Assembly (NCBI GenBank): GCA_035574035.1 | Contig: DATLZL010000216.1 | Coordinates: 1 to 32,737, forward strand | Length of the DNA stretch: 32,737 bases | Direction of reading: 5' to 3' | Source: Candidatus Binatia bacterium | GTDB lineage: Bacteria; Methylomirabilota; Methylomirabilia; Rokubacteriales; CSP1-6 | Shown: piece after piece, positions 32,454 through 32,737 of the stretch | Numbering within the stretch: position 1 is the first letter of the stretch | Layout of the letters: the number at the start of each line of letters is the position of its first letter | Notes under the pieces: model-generated | The model's input: the letters and a program-made list of their open reading frames with translations, nothing else | The model's database searches: none | What the model was told of the DNA's origin: nothing | Translations under genes and position numbers: made by a program

Positions 32454-32737
32454 TTATCGAAAGCCGACGACGATCTTGTCAATGTCCGCCCGGTACACCG
32501 GCACCAGACTCGCGCGGTCGAGCACCAGGCAGGCGCGGACGTCGGCCTCCCAGCCCCGGGCCGCCAGCCGCCGGGCCCAGCCCGAATCCCGCGCCAGGCG
32601 CCCGAGGTCGCCGTCGTAGCGTCGGGCCAGCTCGAGCGCCCGGCGGGCGACCGCTGTGGGTCGGGCCCCGCCGCGCGCGAGGCGCTCCACCAGGAGGCCG
32701 GCCGCCACCTGGTCCTCGAGCGAGGGCGCCCCCCGCT
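32454..32737 (-). CDS. Hypothetical protein, C-terminal part (frame open to the window edge)
   Basis: The 84-aa track ORF begins at a GTG, but the frame continues without a stop to position 32737. There is no recognisable motif. Its stop lies 32 nt upstream of the pgsA start. Confidence 0.35.
   Translation of the reverse strand, partial: RGAPSLEDQVAAGLLVERLARGGARPTAVARRALELARRYDGDLGRLARDSGWARRLAARGWEADVRACLVLDRASLVPVYRADIDKIVVGFR

Overview
This is a very GC-rich (roughly 70% by eye) bacterial chromosomal segment. Genes are tightly packed and many starts and stops overlap. (1) 1-11.8 kb holds a 2-oxoglutarate/glutamate node. On the minus strand sit a KorAB-type 2-oxoacid:ferredoxin oxidoreductase and GlcD/GlcE-like FAD oxidase genes, preceded by a LysR-type regulator. 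That regulator is divergent from glutamate synthase gltBD on the plus strand. (2) 11.9-17.8 kb (minus strand) holds a chlorite-dismutase-family protein, MoaA, a large radical-SAM protein, RtcB RNA ligase, Lgt and tRNA-Leu(UAA). (3) 17.8-29.1 kb is an integrated element of about 11.2 kb. It is bounded by a perfect 43-nt direct repeat equal to the anticodon-to-CCA part of tRNA-Cys(GCA). It looks less GC-rich than its flanks. It carries an apparently intact 8-gene operon: GntR regulator, two-subunit CoA-transferase, acyl-CoA dehydrogenase, family III CoA-transferase and TctCBA transporter. Its mobility genes are wrecked: a tyrosine integrase with in-frame stops and frameshifts, a transposase-like remnant, and two frameshifted small genes. 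(4) 29.1-32.7 kb holds intact tRNA-Cys and tRNA-Gly, then a galT-like/gpsA/plsY/pgsA operon and a truncated ORF. I saw no rRNA, CRISPR array or recognisable defence system. The most interesting object is the fossilised tRNA-Cys island, which splits a Gly-Cys-Leu tRNA operon, together with its cargo of unknown substrate. All protein calls rest on motifs read from the supplied translations. No database search was possible.
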